From an uncultured Eubacteriales bacterium (GTDB lineage: Bacteria; Bacillota; Clostridia; Oscillospirales; CAG-272), in contig URAP01000006.1 of the NCBI GenBank assembly GCA_900545935.1, positions 2,669 to 66,668 on the forward strand: DNA of 64,000 bases. Direction: 5' to 3'. How positions within the stretch are numbered: the first letter of the stretch is position 1; the number at the start of each line of letters is the position of its first letter. Positions 49,101 through 56,406 of the stretch are shown here, in pieces. The position numbers were made by a program, and so were the translations under genes. Below the pieces are notes generated by a model. The model ran no database searches and was not told the DNA's origin. It saw only the letters and a list, made by a program, of their open reading frames with translations.

Positions 49101-49982
49101 AAAGTGCCACGAGTCGCCGCGCAGATTTATCGGCTTGCCATTGAGGATGAATTTTGTCCCCTCCGTCCATATCTCGCGAAAGCCGAATCGCTCGGTGCGG
49201 CTGTCGAGGACCGTGCCGCCGCAGACAAGCTCGGCGCGCAGCCGATACAGCTTCGGATGGTCCGTGTCCCAGTACTCGGCATCCGTCCATCGGCAGACTG
49301 CCTCCCCGCAGCCGCCGTCGAACGACAGCACGGCGCGCTCGCCGTCGAGCACCTCGTAATGCATCCGCGCTCCGTCCGGGGCATCCGACAGCTCGGGCAG
49401 TACGGATATCTCTCCGCGCCGCACGGAGCAGCGTATCGCGAGGTCGGAGATATGGCTCTGCGGCAATATCTCGAGTGAGATGTCGCCCCATATTCCGCGC
49501 AGGTTGCTGCCGAACCATGATCCGGTCAGTCCCGTAGTCTTGACCGACCCGGACGTCAGAGTCGTGCTCTCGAACGATGTGCAGACAAAGGTTATCTCCG
49601 CTTCGCCGTCCGCTATGCCGTCGGTAATATCTGCATGCAGCGGAAGAAACATCTCGTCGTGATCGCATATGTGTCTTGTGCCGACGTAGAGCGCGCAGCG
49701 CTGAGCCACGCCCTCGGCATTCAGAAATACTCTCTCGCCCGGCTCTGCCGAAATGTGCACCCGGCGGCGCAGAACTCCGGTGTCAGCGTCGTTCCACCGT
49801 CCGGGATAGCCGTAGATATCTCCCGGATTAAAATCGCGCAGGGCAATACCGGGAGCCTTCCATCCCGACGGTACCGTAATGCTCTCCGCTTCGGGCAGCT
49901 CGTCCGGCAGAGAGGTGTCGCAAACCGTGCCGTACAGCGGGTAAAACTCCCAGCTTCCGCCCATGTCGATTGTTCTTCTCAT
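46155..49982 (-). CDS. Large glycoside hydrolase family 2 protein with a C-terminal extension of about 600 aa
   Basis: ATG at 49982 with a GGAGAG SD, preferred over the 68-codon upstream extension. GH2 acid/base motif NHPCVIFWSIENE and nucleophile-region GEHGGMW. No signal peptide. Confidence 0.85.
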   Translation of the reverse strand: MRRTIDMGGSWEFYPLYGTVCDTSLPDELPEAESITVPSGWKAPGIALRDFNPGDIYGYPGRWNDADTGVLRRRVHISAEPGERVFLNAEGVAQRCALYVGTRHICDHDEMFLPLHADITDGIADGEAEITFVCTSFESTTLTSGSVKTTGLTGSWFGSNLRGIWGDISLEILPQSHISDLAIRCSVRRGEISVLPELSDAPDGARMHYEVLDGERAVLSFDGGCGEAVCRWTDAEYWDTDHPKLYRLRAELVCGGTVLDSRTERFGFREIWTEGTKFILNGKPINLRGDSWHFQGPIQMTKQYALNWYELCRQNGVNYVRLHAEPHPQYYLDAADEVGMLIVDETAIYGSGKGMDAAHPQYLERCGRQAVRLVRRDRNHPCVIFWSIENEMRWVDGRDEFKLHIPDWMEAMHREDPTRLISLDGDNRLLPYEMTEIESYHYNIDGTIAQWRREKPLTVGEHGGMWFVCPQNASAYVGLGAYDDFEPCAIGFAAKERLFQEDARRKGVSGISTFNFAYYFTRSMPDEDIYTGDPRLPKIPKYSLTINNGMLPTEYPLCRENPVMAFMREAYRSVTIIRREYNSSFYDGEPLRRSFDVYNDTREAHEVTVECRFSISGAEYRTELRFTQQPAEHKTAEFTLPLPELSERGYAELVLTLRHEGAEQFTLRQDYNIYPRGMRTEPLRLTHRVFVYGSDGNRDLISPLCPDCTYIGTPAELEHYLERLGDGDILVLGEHLTDDPEPMRAALREFVRSGGRLIVLAQSTYIIGELSMTDGDFFSAHAGNPEHPLLRGITDADMIFWGPTVTEERPEPFIHRCYEKPAGGGYTFVLECAAGDYADGGDLWSPLMAAQLGRGTILLCQIELGENYSAVPQAAQLLRNMLEYADTTASRRYRKVYSAGTEAAALLDRLGTPHTSLLPAALAHRDENGICLADGSADTDTLAAFARAGGDVLIISPSGDSADRLSHSVGKRITLHPAELSHAKVTGDPLTRGISPVDLFRYDKIPMSPRQVENKRLAFSSVEIEGGEALVCDVPNTIWEDSFWHRIRREALIIPMVSMNREHPREPLTLVSRFPLGDGSMTVSTLTARTDDEKDIRVYAQLLSGLGAQTDAALFDCEHTEEHDAVQYFMTLPIEPWQDIDRAREYYTDPQFSLNNLGEGLYGWMLKVERDRESGIITVPNSAGRHYFLTAFADKERTERIKARLWGSVPLRLYVDGGEVYEEELTMTSGRHRIVIEADNTSSEPLRFRMLLLGEDGRPLPDLRIRLTIDEVDPK

Positions 49983-50157
49983 ACTTGAACTCTCCGTGTG
50001 TTTTCCGCACATGGTAATAATACGCTCCGCTCGGATGCCGCCTTGATCGCGGCATATCCCCGGTGCGCGGCGGTTTACGCGTGCGTTTTTGCATACATGC
50101 TCTGCTTCTGCCATGCTGTATATAAAAAGGGAATATATTGCAGACCTCTGTCGCATA

Positions 50158-50186
50158 AGTATATCATAAATACAGCGCTCAGTCAA
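50158..50186 (-). promoter_or_regulatory. Promoter of the GH2 gene
   Basis: On the minus strand: TTGACT, a 17-nt spacer, then TGaTATACT. The leader is about 170 nt. Confidence 0.5.
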
Positions 50187-50260
50187 TCTCCGTTATACAA
50201 ATAAAGCAGGAAGAAAAATGCTTTTTCGGTATATGTATGGTGACCTTGATAAGCTTATCG

Positions 50261-50303
50261 AAAAAACGCAAAAAAGGGATGTTAAACAGTTTCTTAACAT
50301 CCC
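50261..50303 (-). terminator. Terminator of the DUF4430 gene
   Basis: GGGATGTTAA-8 nt-TTAACATCCC, followed on the minus strand by TTTTTGCGTTTTTT. Confidence 0.7.
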
Positions 50304-50349
50304 CCTGCCGTAATGCCGTTATTCGGCATTTTGATGATTTATTTGTTAT

Positions 50350-50796
50350 TTATTTCGTATAGACCAGACGGTAAACGGTATCACTGCCGTCGCCGAGCTT
50401 TTCGCCGTCAACACCGGTGGCGGCATACTCGTCGCCGATGTAGAATGCCCAGTAGCTGCCGTCGGCGGAGTAGTCCGCCTTGATACCGTTAACGGAGGTG
50501 ACAAAAAGTCCGTACTGTCCATCGTCACCCTCGACGAGCTTGTTTTCAAGCAGAGCGTCGCCGAGCGTTTCCGCATCGGTCTTGACGGTGAAGGTTATCT
50601 TGTTCTCCTCTGCCTCAACCTCTACGGTCACGGTCTTTTTGCCGGACCCGAGCGTGGTGTCCTTGGTATAGAGAGCATTCTCCCACAGACCGGTCTTTTG
50701 CACCTCGTTTCCGCAGGCTGCGAGCCCGAGAACGCAGGTTAATATGATAACTACCGACAGCACGGAGTGCAGCGCGGTTTTGATGTTTGCTTTCAT
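50350..50796 (-). CDS. DUF4430-type small lipoprotein
   Basis: Lipobox LGLAACG. The C-terminal domain YGLFVTSVNGIKADYSADGSYWAFYIGDEYA is typical of DUF4430. Confidence 0.75.
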   Translation of the reverse strand: MKANIKTALHSVLSVVIILTCVLGLAACGNEVQKTGLWENALYTKDTTLGSGKKTVTVEVEAEENKITFTVKTDAETLGDALLENKLVEGDDGQYGLFVTSVNGIKADYSADGSYWAFYIGDEYAATGVDGEKLGDGSDTVYRLVYTK

Positions 50797-50863
50797 TTTT
50801 CTTCTCCTTTTGATAGTTGATTTTTCATTTCGGAATGTTGCTGATGCTGTTAGTCCTTACGGC

Positions 50864-50892
50864 ATTATAACGCAAACGGCGTTGCTTTTCAA
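50864..50892 (-). promoter_or_regulatory. Promoter of the DUF4430 gene
   Basis: On the minus strand: TTGAAA, a 17-nt spacer, then TATAAT. Confidence 0.6.
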
Positions 50893-50977
50893 GCGTGCTA
50901 CGAAAATTTATCCGGTGTGTATTTGCGGAGTGTAATGTGATGCAATGTGAATAGAGACACTTTTAGTGCAGAGCTGC

Positions 50978-51006
50978 TTGACAACTGCGGTGATGTGTGT
51001 TATAAT
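50978..51006 (+). promoter_or_regulatory. Promoter of the marR-tauE operon
   Basis: TTGACA, a 17-nt spacer, then TGtTATAAT. Confidence 0.65.
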
Positions 51007-51007
51007 A

Positions 51008-51036
51008 GTTCAAATTTGAAATATTCAAAAATGAAC
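51008..51036. promoter_or_regulatory. Tandem TTCA-N4-TGAA inverted repeats (candidate MarR operator)
   Basis: GTTCAAATTTGAA-ata-TTCAAAAATGAAC, immediately after the -10 box. Confidence 0.45.
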
Positions 51037-51052
51037 CGAGCGGAGGTGTGGG

Positions 51053-51487
51053 ATGAACGCGGGCATTGAATTTACGAAAAAAACGGCACTTGCCTACGAT
51101 GCGGTATGTAAGCCGCTGTGCCGGGAGCTCGGGCTGCCGCAGACGGCATTTGATATACTGATGTTTCTTGCCAACAATTCCGAATACACGACGGCGGGGG
51201 ATATCGTGAACATCAGAAGGATAAAGCCGAATCTTGTCTCGGTCAACGTCGATCGTCTTGTGCGCAGCGGATATCTTGAGCGCAGGAGTGTTTCCGGCGA
51301 CCGCAGAAAGACCTCGCTTCTGCTGACCGAGCGAGCGGAGCCGATAGTACGGCGGGGACGCGAGGTTCAGGAGCGCTTTTCGGAGCTGATGTTTCGCGGG
51401 CTTACTGAGGCGGAGAGGGAGAGCTTTCTTTACACGCTTGCCGCGATAGGTCGGAATCTCGATTCGGTATTGGAGGAGAATAGCTGA
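51053..51487 (+). CDS. MarR-family transcriptional regulator
   Basis: Winged-helix pattern (FDILMFLANN...TAGDIVNI...VSVNVDRLVRSGYLERRSVSGDRR). Confidence 0.85.
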   Translation: MNAGIEFTKKTALAYDAVCKPLCRELGLPQTAFDILMFLANNSEYTTAGDIVNIRRIKPNLVSVNVDRLVRSGYLERRSVSGDRRKTSLLLTERAEPIVRRGREVQERFSELMFRGLTEAERESFLYTLAAIGRNLDSVLEENS

Positions 51488-51488
51488 T

Positions 51489-52268
51489 ATGAAGCTGCTT
51501 ATAACGGTTATAGTTACTTTTTTTGCCGGAATGGGTGCGGGACTCGGCACCGGCTTTGCCGGTATGAGCGCCGCAGCGGTGATAAGTCCGATGCTTATCA
51601 CCTTTCTCGGTATGGATCCGTATGCGGCGGTGGGCATAGCACTTGCCTCCGATGTGCTTGCCAGTGCCGTTTCGGCATATACATACGGCAAGAGCAAGAA
51701 CCTCGATATCCGCAACGGCATAATAATGATGGCGACGGTGCTTGCCTTTACCGTCGTCGGCAGCTATGCGGCAAGCCTGCTGCCGTCGGCAACTATGGGC
51801 AGCTTCTCGGTCATTATGACCTTCCTGCTCGGAGTAAAATTTATCGTTCGCCCCGTCATGACCACCAAGGAGGCAATGGCGGGCGTATCGGCAAAAAAGC
51901 GCGCGATACAGTCGGTCGTCTGCGGCGCGGTCATCGGGCTTATCTGCGGCTTTGTAGGCGCGGGCGGCGGTATGATGATGCTGCTTATCCTGACCTCTGT
52001 GCTCGGCTATGAGCTTAAGACCGCCGTGGGTACGAGCGTGCTTATCATGACCTTTACCGCGCTTACCGGCGCTGTATCTCATTTCGTTATCGGCGGTGCA
52101 CCCGATATTACCGTTCTTGTGCTCTGCGTTGTGTTTACGCTGATATGGGCGAGGATAGCGGCGTTGTTTGCAAACCGCGCCGAGCCGCGCACGCTCAACC
52201 GCGCTACCGGTATCGTTCTTGTCGTGCTCGGAGCGGCGATATTCGCTTTTTCAATGCTCGGAAGGTGA
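51489..52268 (+). CDS. TauE/SafE (DUF81) family anion exporter
   Basis: Eight-helix membrane protein with repeated G-rich halves. It starts 1 nt after the marR stop. Confidence 0.75.
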   Translation: MKLLITVIVTFFAGMGAGLGTGFAGMSAAAVISPMLITFLGMDPYAAVGIALASDVLASAVSAYTYGKSKNLDIRNGIIMMATVLAFTVVGSYAASLLPSATMGSFSVIMTFLLGVKFIVRPVMTTKEAMAGVSAKKRAIQSVVCGAVIGLICGFVGAGGGMMMLLILTSVLGYELKTAVGTSVLIMTFTALTGAVSHFVIGGAPDITVLVLCVVFTLIWARIAALFANRAEPRTLNRATGIVLVVLGAAIFAFSMLGR

Positions 52269-52426
52269 TTCGATATAGGCGGCGATCCGCTCATATTGCT
52301 GCAGTACAGGACGCAATAAGGGCGATATCGCCGTATGCTTGTGTGCAGATTATTATGAAATTACCGCAGAATGTCGAAATAGTCCGGTGCTTTATACATT
52401 ATTTATCCTAAATGTGTAAAAAGCCC

Positions 52427-52455
52427 TTGAAAACCGCACGTATATCGTATATAAT
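52427..52455 (+). promoter_or_regulatory. Promoter in the tauE / c-di-GMP gene spacer
   Basis: TTGAAA, a 17-nt spacer, then TATAAT. Confidence 0.55.
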
Positions 52456-52512
52456 CAGGGACAGAAAAATGCTGTGATATGTGATGCTGCAACGCACAAT
52501 GAGGGCAGAACG

Positions 52513-52542
52513 GCAGTCGGCGATCAGCTGACTGCTTTTTTT
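52513..52542 (+). terminator. Hairpin plus T7 run about 60-80 nt downstream of the 52427 promoter
   Basis: GCAGTC-11 nt-GACTGC followed by TTTTTTT. Confidence 0.5.
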
Positions 52543-52575
52543 GCGGCAGGCAGCAGATGCGCGAGCAGGACGGAG

Positions 52576-52695
52576 CTATATCCGGCTCGTATGATCCGGC
52601 TGCCTTGATGCGCGCCGGCTCATATAACCGGGGTGTTCGTATGTGCGCCGATTGTTATGGTGAAAGCCGTCGGACAATATGTCCGGTTCGTATGT
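52576..52695 (+). repeat. Three direct repeats (ATAT-CCGG-yTCGTATG) spaced 50 and 51 nt apart
   Basis: ctatatCCGGcTCGTATGa (52576-52594), catataaCCGGggtgtTCGTATGt (52621-52644), caatatgtCCGGtTCGTATGt (52675-52695). Confidence 0.6.
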
Positions 52696-52749
52696 CTAAG
52701 CGCCTCTGCGCAGGCATCAACTTTTATATATTGTTTCTGAGAGGGTACT

Positions 52750-55224
52750 ATGGATAAAAGAAAGCTGCTTATTGCAGACGATTCCGAGCTGAATCGTGCT
52801 ATACTCGCAAATATGCTTGAGCAGGACTATGATATCATCGAGGTAACGGGCGGAGAGGAGACCCTTGCCGCTTTGCAGACCTATCGCGGAGAGATATCCG
52901 CACTGCTGCTTGATATCGTGATGCCGGGCATGGGCGGCTTTGAGGTGCTTGAGGAGATGCGCAGTCGTCATTGGCTCGATGATGTTCCCACCATTATGAT
53001 CTCTGCGGAGACGGGCAATGCATACATAGACCGTGCATTTAGTCTCGGTGCCTCCGACTATATCAGTCGGCCGTTTGCACCGGTGGTGGTGCGCCATCGA
53101 ATAATAAATACCATACTTCTGCACACGAAAAAGCAGCAGCTGATGGATGTCGCCGAGGGCTGGTTTCGCCGACAGGAAAAGAACAGCGAGGTGCTGGTGT
53201 CGGTGCTTTGCTACGGGATGGAACGCCGCGTGGGAGAGACCGGACTGCATATGAATGGCGTAGGCAGACTGACGGCGCTGCTGCTCCGTCAGCTGCTCAA
53301 GCGTACCGACCGATACCGCCTTTCTGCCGATGATATCGAGATGATTGCAATGGCGGCGAGATTGCATGATATCGGAAAGCTGCTCGTGCCGTCGGATGTG
53401 CTGAAAAAGCCGACGCCGCTGACCGATGAGGAGATGGCGCAGGTTCGTCAGCATACGCGGCTCGGCGTACAGATACTTACGGGGCTGCCGCTGTATCAGA
53501 ATGAGACGCTGATAAAATACGCCGTCGCCATCTGCCGCTCGCACCATGAGCGGTGGAGGGGAGAAGGATATCCGGACGGGCTTGTCGGAGATGCTATACC
53601 GATAGTTGCACAGGTTGTATCGCTTGCCGACTCGTATGACGCATTGACGAGCGAACGCAGCTATAAGCCCGCCTATCCGCATGAAAAAGCGATGCAGATG
53701 ATACATGCAGGCGAGTGCGGCAGCTTTAATCCGCTGCTGCTCGATTGCCTTGATGATATCTCCGAGCTTGTAAGGCAGGGAGTCGCAGAGCGAAATAACG
53801 TGCAGAACAGCGAGGTTCATCGCGCGGTCGAGGAGCTGTACGGCGGTCAGGACATTATGGCGGCTCGCATGACGCATCAGATTGAGGAGGCGAGCGCAAA
53901 GCAGGAGTATTTTTCCACGCAGACCGATGAGCTGTGGTTTGAGTACACCGTTCAGCCCTCCGCCATCAGCCTGTCGCACGGGGCATGTGATCAGACCGGG
54001 TTGCCTGCGGTCATCGTCGACCCGCAGAGCAATTCGGATTTTATAGATGCGGTGGGAGGAGAAACGGTGCGTGCGTTACGCGACCGGCTCGACTCGCTGT
54101 CGTCGGATGAGACGCACATCGAATTGATGGCGGATATAATGCTCGGCGGACGGCTGCGCCGCTGTCGGATAACGGTGCTCGTTATTCGCGCTCTCTCTTC
54201 TGCCGGAGTCGGATGCAGCTGCCTTGTCGGAAAGGTCGACGATATCAACGACAGTTATGCAAGGCTTGAGGAATATGACAGAGAATCGGAGAACGAGGTA
54301 ACCGAGCAGGTGCTGCTTCCGGTCACTGTGGGTGCGGGGGATGTGCTGCGCATAGCACACGATCAGGTAGGTGCTGTCATGCAGTGCTATCGAAAGATGT
54401 TTGCCATCGTTCGCCTTGTCGACCCGGGAATATGCATGCAGGTGTCAGCCGGTGCGGGCGTTCACCATATCGAGCACAGTGAACACTGCTATTCGGTATG
54501 GAACAAGTTCCATCGGTGCGAGAACTGCATCTCTCAGGAGGCCATCCGCACGAGCAAAACGCAGAGCAAGGTCGAGACCGACGGAGGGGAGGTTTACTAT
54601 GTTCTCGCATCACGCGTCGAGATAGACGGTATACCGTATTCGCTCGAGTGCGTCAATCCCATCAGGTCTGCGGCAGCGGAAGCGGAAAGTGATGAAAGCC
54701 TTTTAGGTCAGCTGCTCATACGCAACCGTCAGGTATACATAGACTCTATGACTCAGGTATTTAACCGCCGCTATTACGACGAGCGTATACGCAATCTCAC
54801 CGGCGAGCAGGCGATCGCCATGATAGACATAGATAATTTCAAGCATATAAACGACACCTTCGGACATCCGGCGGGAGACGAGGCGCTGCGCAGTGTTGCG
54901 CAGACCGTCCGCTTTATGCTGCGCAGCAGAGACGAGCTGATACGCTACGGCGGAGATGAGTTTTTTCTGTTGTTCCACGGTCTGCCGGAATATAATCTCC
55001 CGAGTAAGCTGAATCAGATATGCGAGGCAGTCCGTAAGATAAAGCTGCCGAAGTACCCGGATCTGCATCTCAGTATCAGCATAGGCGGAGTCTATGCAGC
55101 CGGAAGAATATCCGAGCTGATTCGCAAGGCGGATATCGCACTGTATGAGGCAAAGATTAAGCGTGACAGGGCTGTCGTGTTCGGTATCTCCGATAGCAGT
55201 GCTGCGAGTGGTAATAATGATTAA
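52750..55224 (+). CDS. Response-regulator receiver - HD-GYP - unknown sensory region - GGDEF protein
   Basis: REC (DDSELNR...LLLDIVMPG, Asp55); HD-GYP (HDIGK at 206, HHERWRGEGYP at 265-275); GGDEF at 734-738 with an RxxD I-site (RSRD 725-728) at PleD-like spacing. Confidence 0.9.
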   Translation: MDKRKLLIADDSELNRAILANMLEQDYDIIEVTGGEETLAALQTYRGEISALLLDIVMPGMGGFEVLEEMRSRHWLDDVPTIMISAETGNAYIDRAFSLGASDYISRPFAPVVVRHRIINTILLHTKKQQLMDVAEGWFRRQEKNSEVLVSVLCYGMERRVGETGLHMNGVGRLTALLLRQLLKRTDRYRLSADDIEMIAMAARLHDIGKLLVPSDVLKKPTPLTDEEMAQVRQHTRLGVQILTGLPLYQNETLIKYAVAICRSHHERWRGEGYPDGLVGDAIPIVAQVVSLADSYDALTSERSYKPAYPHEKAMQMIHAGECGSFNPLLLDCLDDISELVRQGVAERNNVQNSEVHRAVEELYGGQDIMAARMTHQIEEASAKQEYFSTQTDELWFEYTVQPSAISLSHGACDQTGLPAVIVDPQSNSDFIDAVGGETVRALRDRLDSLSSDETHIELMADIMLGGRLRRCRITVLVIRALSSAGVGCSCLVGKVDDINDSYARLEEYDRESENEVTEQVLLPVTVGAGDVLRIAHDQVGAVMQCYRKMFAIVRLVDPGICMQVSAGAGVHHIEHSEHCYSVWNKFHRCENCISQEAIRTSKTQSKVETDGGEVYYVLASRVEIDGIPYSLECVNPIRSAAAEAESDESLLGQLLIRNRQVYIDSMTQVFNRRYYDERIRNLTGEQAIAMIDIDNFKHINDTFGHPAGDEALRSVAQTVRFMLRSRDELIRYGGDEFFLLFHGLPEYNLPSKLNQICEAVRKIKLPKYPDLHLSISIGGVYAAGRISELIRKADIALYEAKIKRDRAVVFGISDSSAASGNND

Positions 55225-55236
55225 GGAGGCGACGTA

Positions 55237-55353
55237 ATGATAGGAGCGGAGAACGCAAGAGACCGTATCTCAGAGACGTCTTTAATGCTTCGCTGTCGCT
55301 CCGATAGTCGCCATGTCCGCAAATGGCTTTCGGTACGATATACGCAGGGCTGA
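55237..55353 (+). CDS. Candidate 38-codon small ORF (MIGAENARDRISETSLMLRCRSDSRHVRKWLSVRYTQG)
   Basis: A canonical AAGGAGG (55223-55229) lies 7 nt upstream of the ATG, overlapping the stop of the preceding gene. There is no homology evidence. Confidence 0.2.
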   Translation: MIGAENARDRISETSLMLRCRSDSRHVRKWLSVRYTQG

Positions 55354-55471
55354 TCGGCAGGGAATCATCTGCTGAAGCGGCAAGCACCGAAAAGCTGCCG
55401 CACAACGCAGCATATTATGCAGATAGATGAAACGCAGCCGATCTGAATATACAGATAGGTGATAAAAGAAT

Positions 55472-55517
55472 AAAAGCGGGCTGTTAAAAAACAAGTTTTT
55501 TTAACAGCCCGCTTTTT
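55472..55517. terminator. Bidirectional terminator between the c-di-GMP gene region and the 55653 gene
   Basis: AAAAGCGGGCTGTTAAAAAA-caag-TTTTTTTAACAGCCCGCTTTTT. Confidence 0.8.
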
Positions 55518-55652
55518 GTAATACTGATAATATGTTCGGAGCGGGTAGCTTTGTCCCGTCAGGCGTATGAGTGTACATTATGGGCAAATTTTCTGCAGGG
55601 AAGTGAATTATGCTCCATATAGGATTATCCGACAGATCGGCTCCGAAGCGTA

Positions 55653-56099
55653 TTAATCGTTCTCCGAGTCGTCGGACAGCTCTTCGATAAGCCCCATTTT
55701 TTCGACATTGCCGAGGTAACGCCTGCATGCATCTGCATTTTTCGGTGCCCCGGCGATGTATCTGCGCATCTGAACGGAAAAGTCTCGCCAACAGTCCTCG
55801 CTGCGGCTCGGTATAGTTATCCGCTCTTTTTTGAATGTAACGGAGCAGTTCAGCATTCTGCATGCCGCAAGAAAAGGAAACAGTTCCGTTATTCCCTGCT
55901 CGAATGTGACCAGAACGGACGGGATGACGATCCTTTTTCCGGGGCGGATCAGCTCGAAATGCGGTGCGCCGGAAAACGCCTCTATGTCGTTTATATGCCT
56001 TTCTTTCGGTATATTTATTCTCGGGCGCTTAGCCATCGGGGCGGTGTGTCCGTCGAGGCTGTCGTCGTGCTTACTTTTCATTGTGGATCTCGTTATCAT
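55653..56099 (-). CDS. Hypothetical protein (148 aa, acidic C-terminal tail)
   Basis: The ORF has a plausible promoter at 56177-56205. An overlapping alternative-frame ORF (55501-55863) is Arg-rich and less protein-like. I recognise no family. Confidence 0.45.
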   Translation of the reverse strand: MITRSTMKSKHDDSLDGHTAPMAKRPRINIPKERHINDIEAFSGAPHFELIRPGKRIVIPSVLVTFEQGITELFPFLAACRMLNCSVTFKKERITIPSRSEDCWRDFSVQMRRYIAGAPKNADACRRYLGNVEKMGLIEELSDDSEND

Positions 56100-56176
56100 T
56101 TTTTGCTCTTATAATATGCTCTTCGCTTTGTTATTCTTTTTGCGAATTTTCGTGTATATAACTATCGTACGGCGGT

Positions 56177-56205
56177 ATTATGACACAAATTATACGATTT
56201 GTCAA
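56177..56205 (-). promoter_or_regulatory. Candidate promoter of the 55653-56099 gene
   Basis: On the minus strand: TTGACA, a 17-nt spacer, then TGtCATAAT. Confidence 0.4.
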
Positions 56206-56360
56206 TAGTTGCTTTATAAAAATACAAAAAGAGGGAAACGAACGCGCAATGCTTTTCGGACAGGACGGCGCATCCGCCTCACTTTACGGCGATTTGTCCC
56301 GATGTACGCTTTGCCGCCGCACGGTGCTTTGTTTTAGCATGACCGAAAACCGTACCGTAA

Positions 56361-56406
56361 TATTCGACCGTGACATAAACCGATACGCGCGTTATTCGAC
56401 CGTGAC
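56361..56406. repeat. 14-nt direct duplication of the glmS 3' end
   Basis: TATTCGACCGTGAC occurs at 56361-56374 and at 56393-56406. The second copy contains the glmS stop and its last codons. Confidence 0.7.

Noticed and set aside
50797-50863. A cobalamin riboswitch upstream of the DUF4430 lipoprotein gene.
   Set aside because: The mapped promoter leaves a leader of only about 60 nt, and no B12-box-like sequence was seen.
52576-52695. A CRISPR-like array suggested by the 50-nt periodic repeats.
   Set aside because: There are only three short (~20 nt), imperfect repeats, no cas genes, and the spacing and length are too small. They are better explained as phased regulatory sites.
55501-55863. 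An alternative 120-aa ORF ending right at the 55472-55517 terminator.
   Set aside because: It overlaps the 148-aa ORF in another frame and is Arg-rich in its first two-thirds. I kept the 148-aa frame, but with low confidence. Transcript or proteomic data are needed to settle it.
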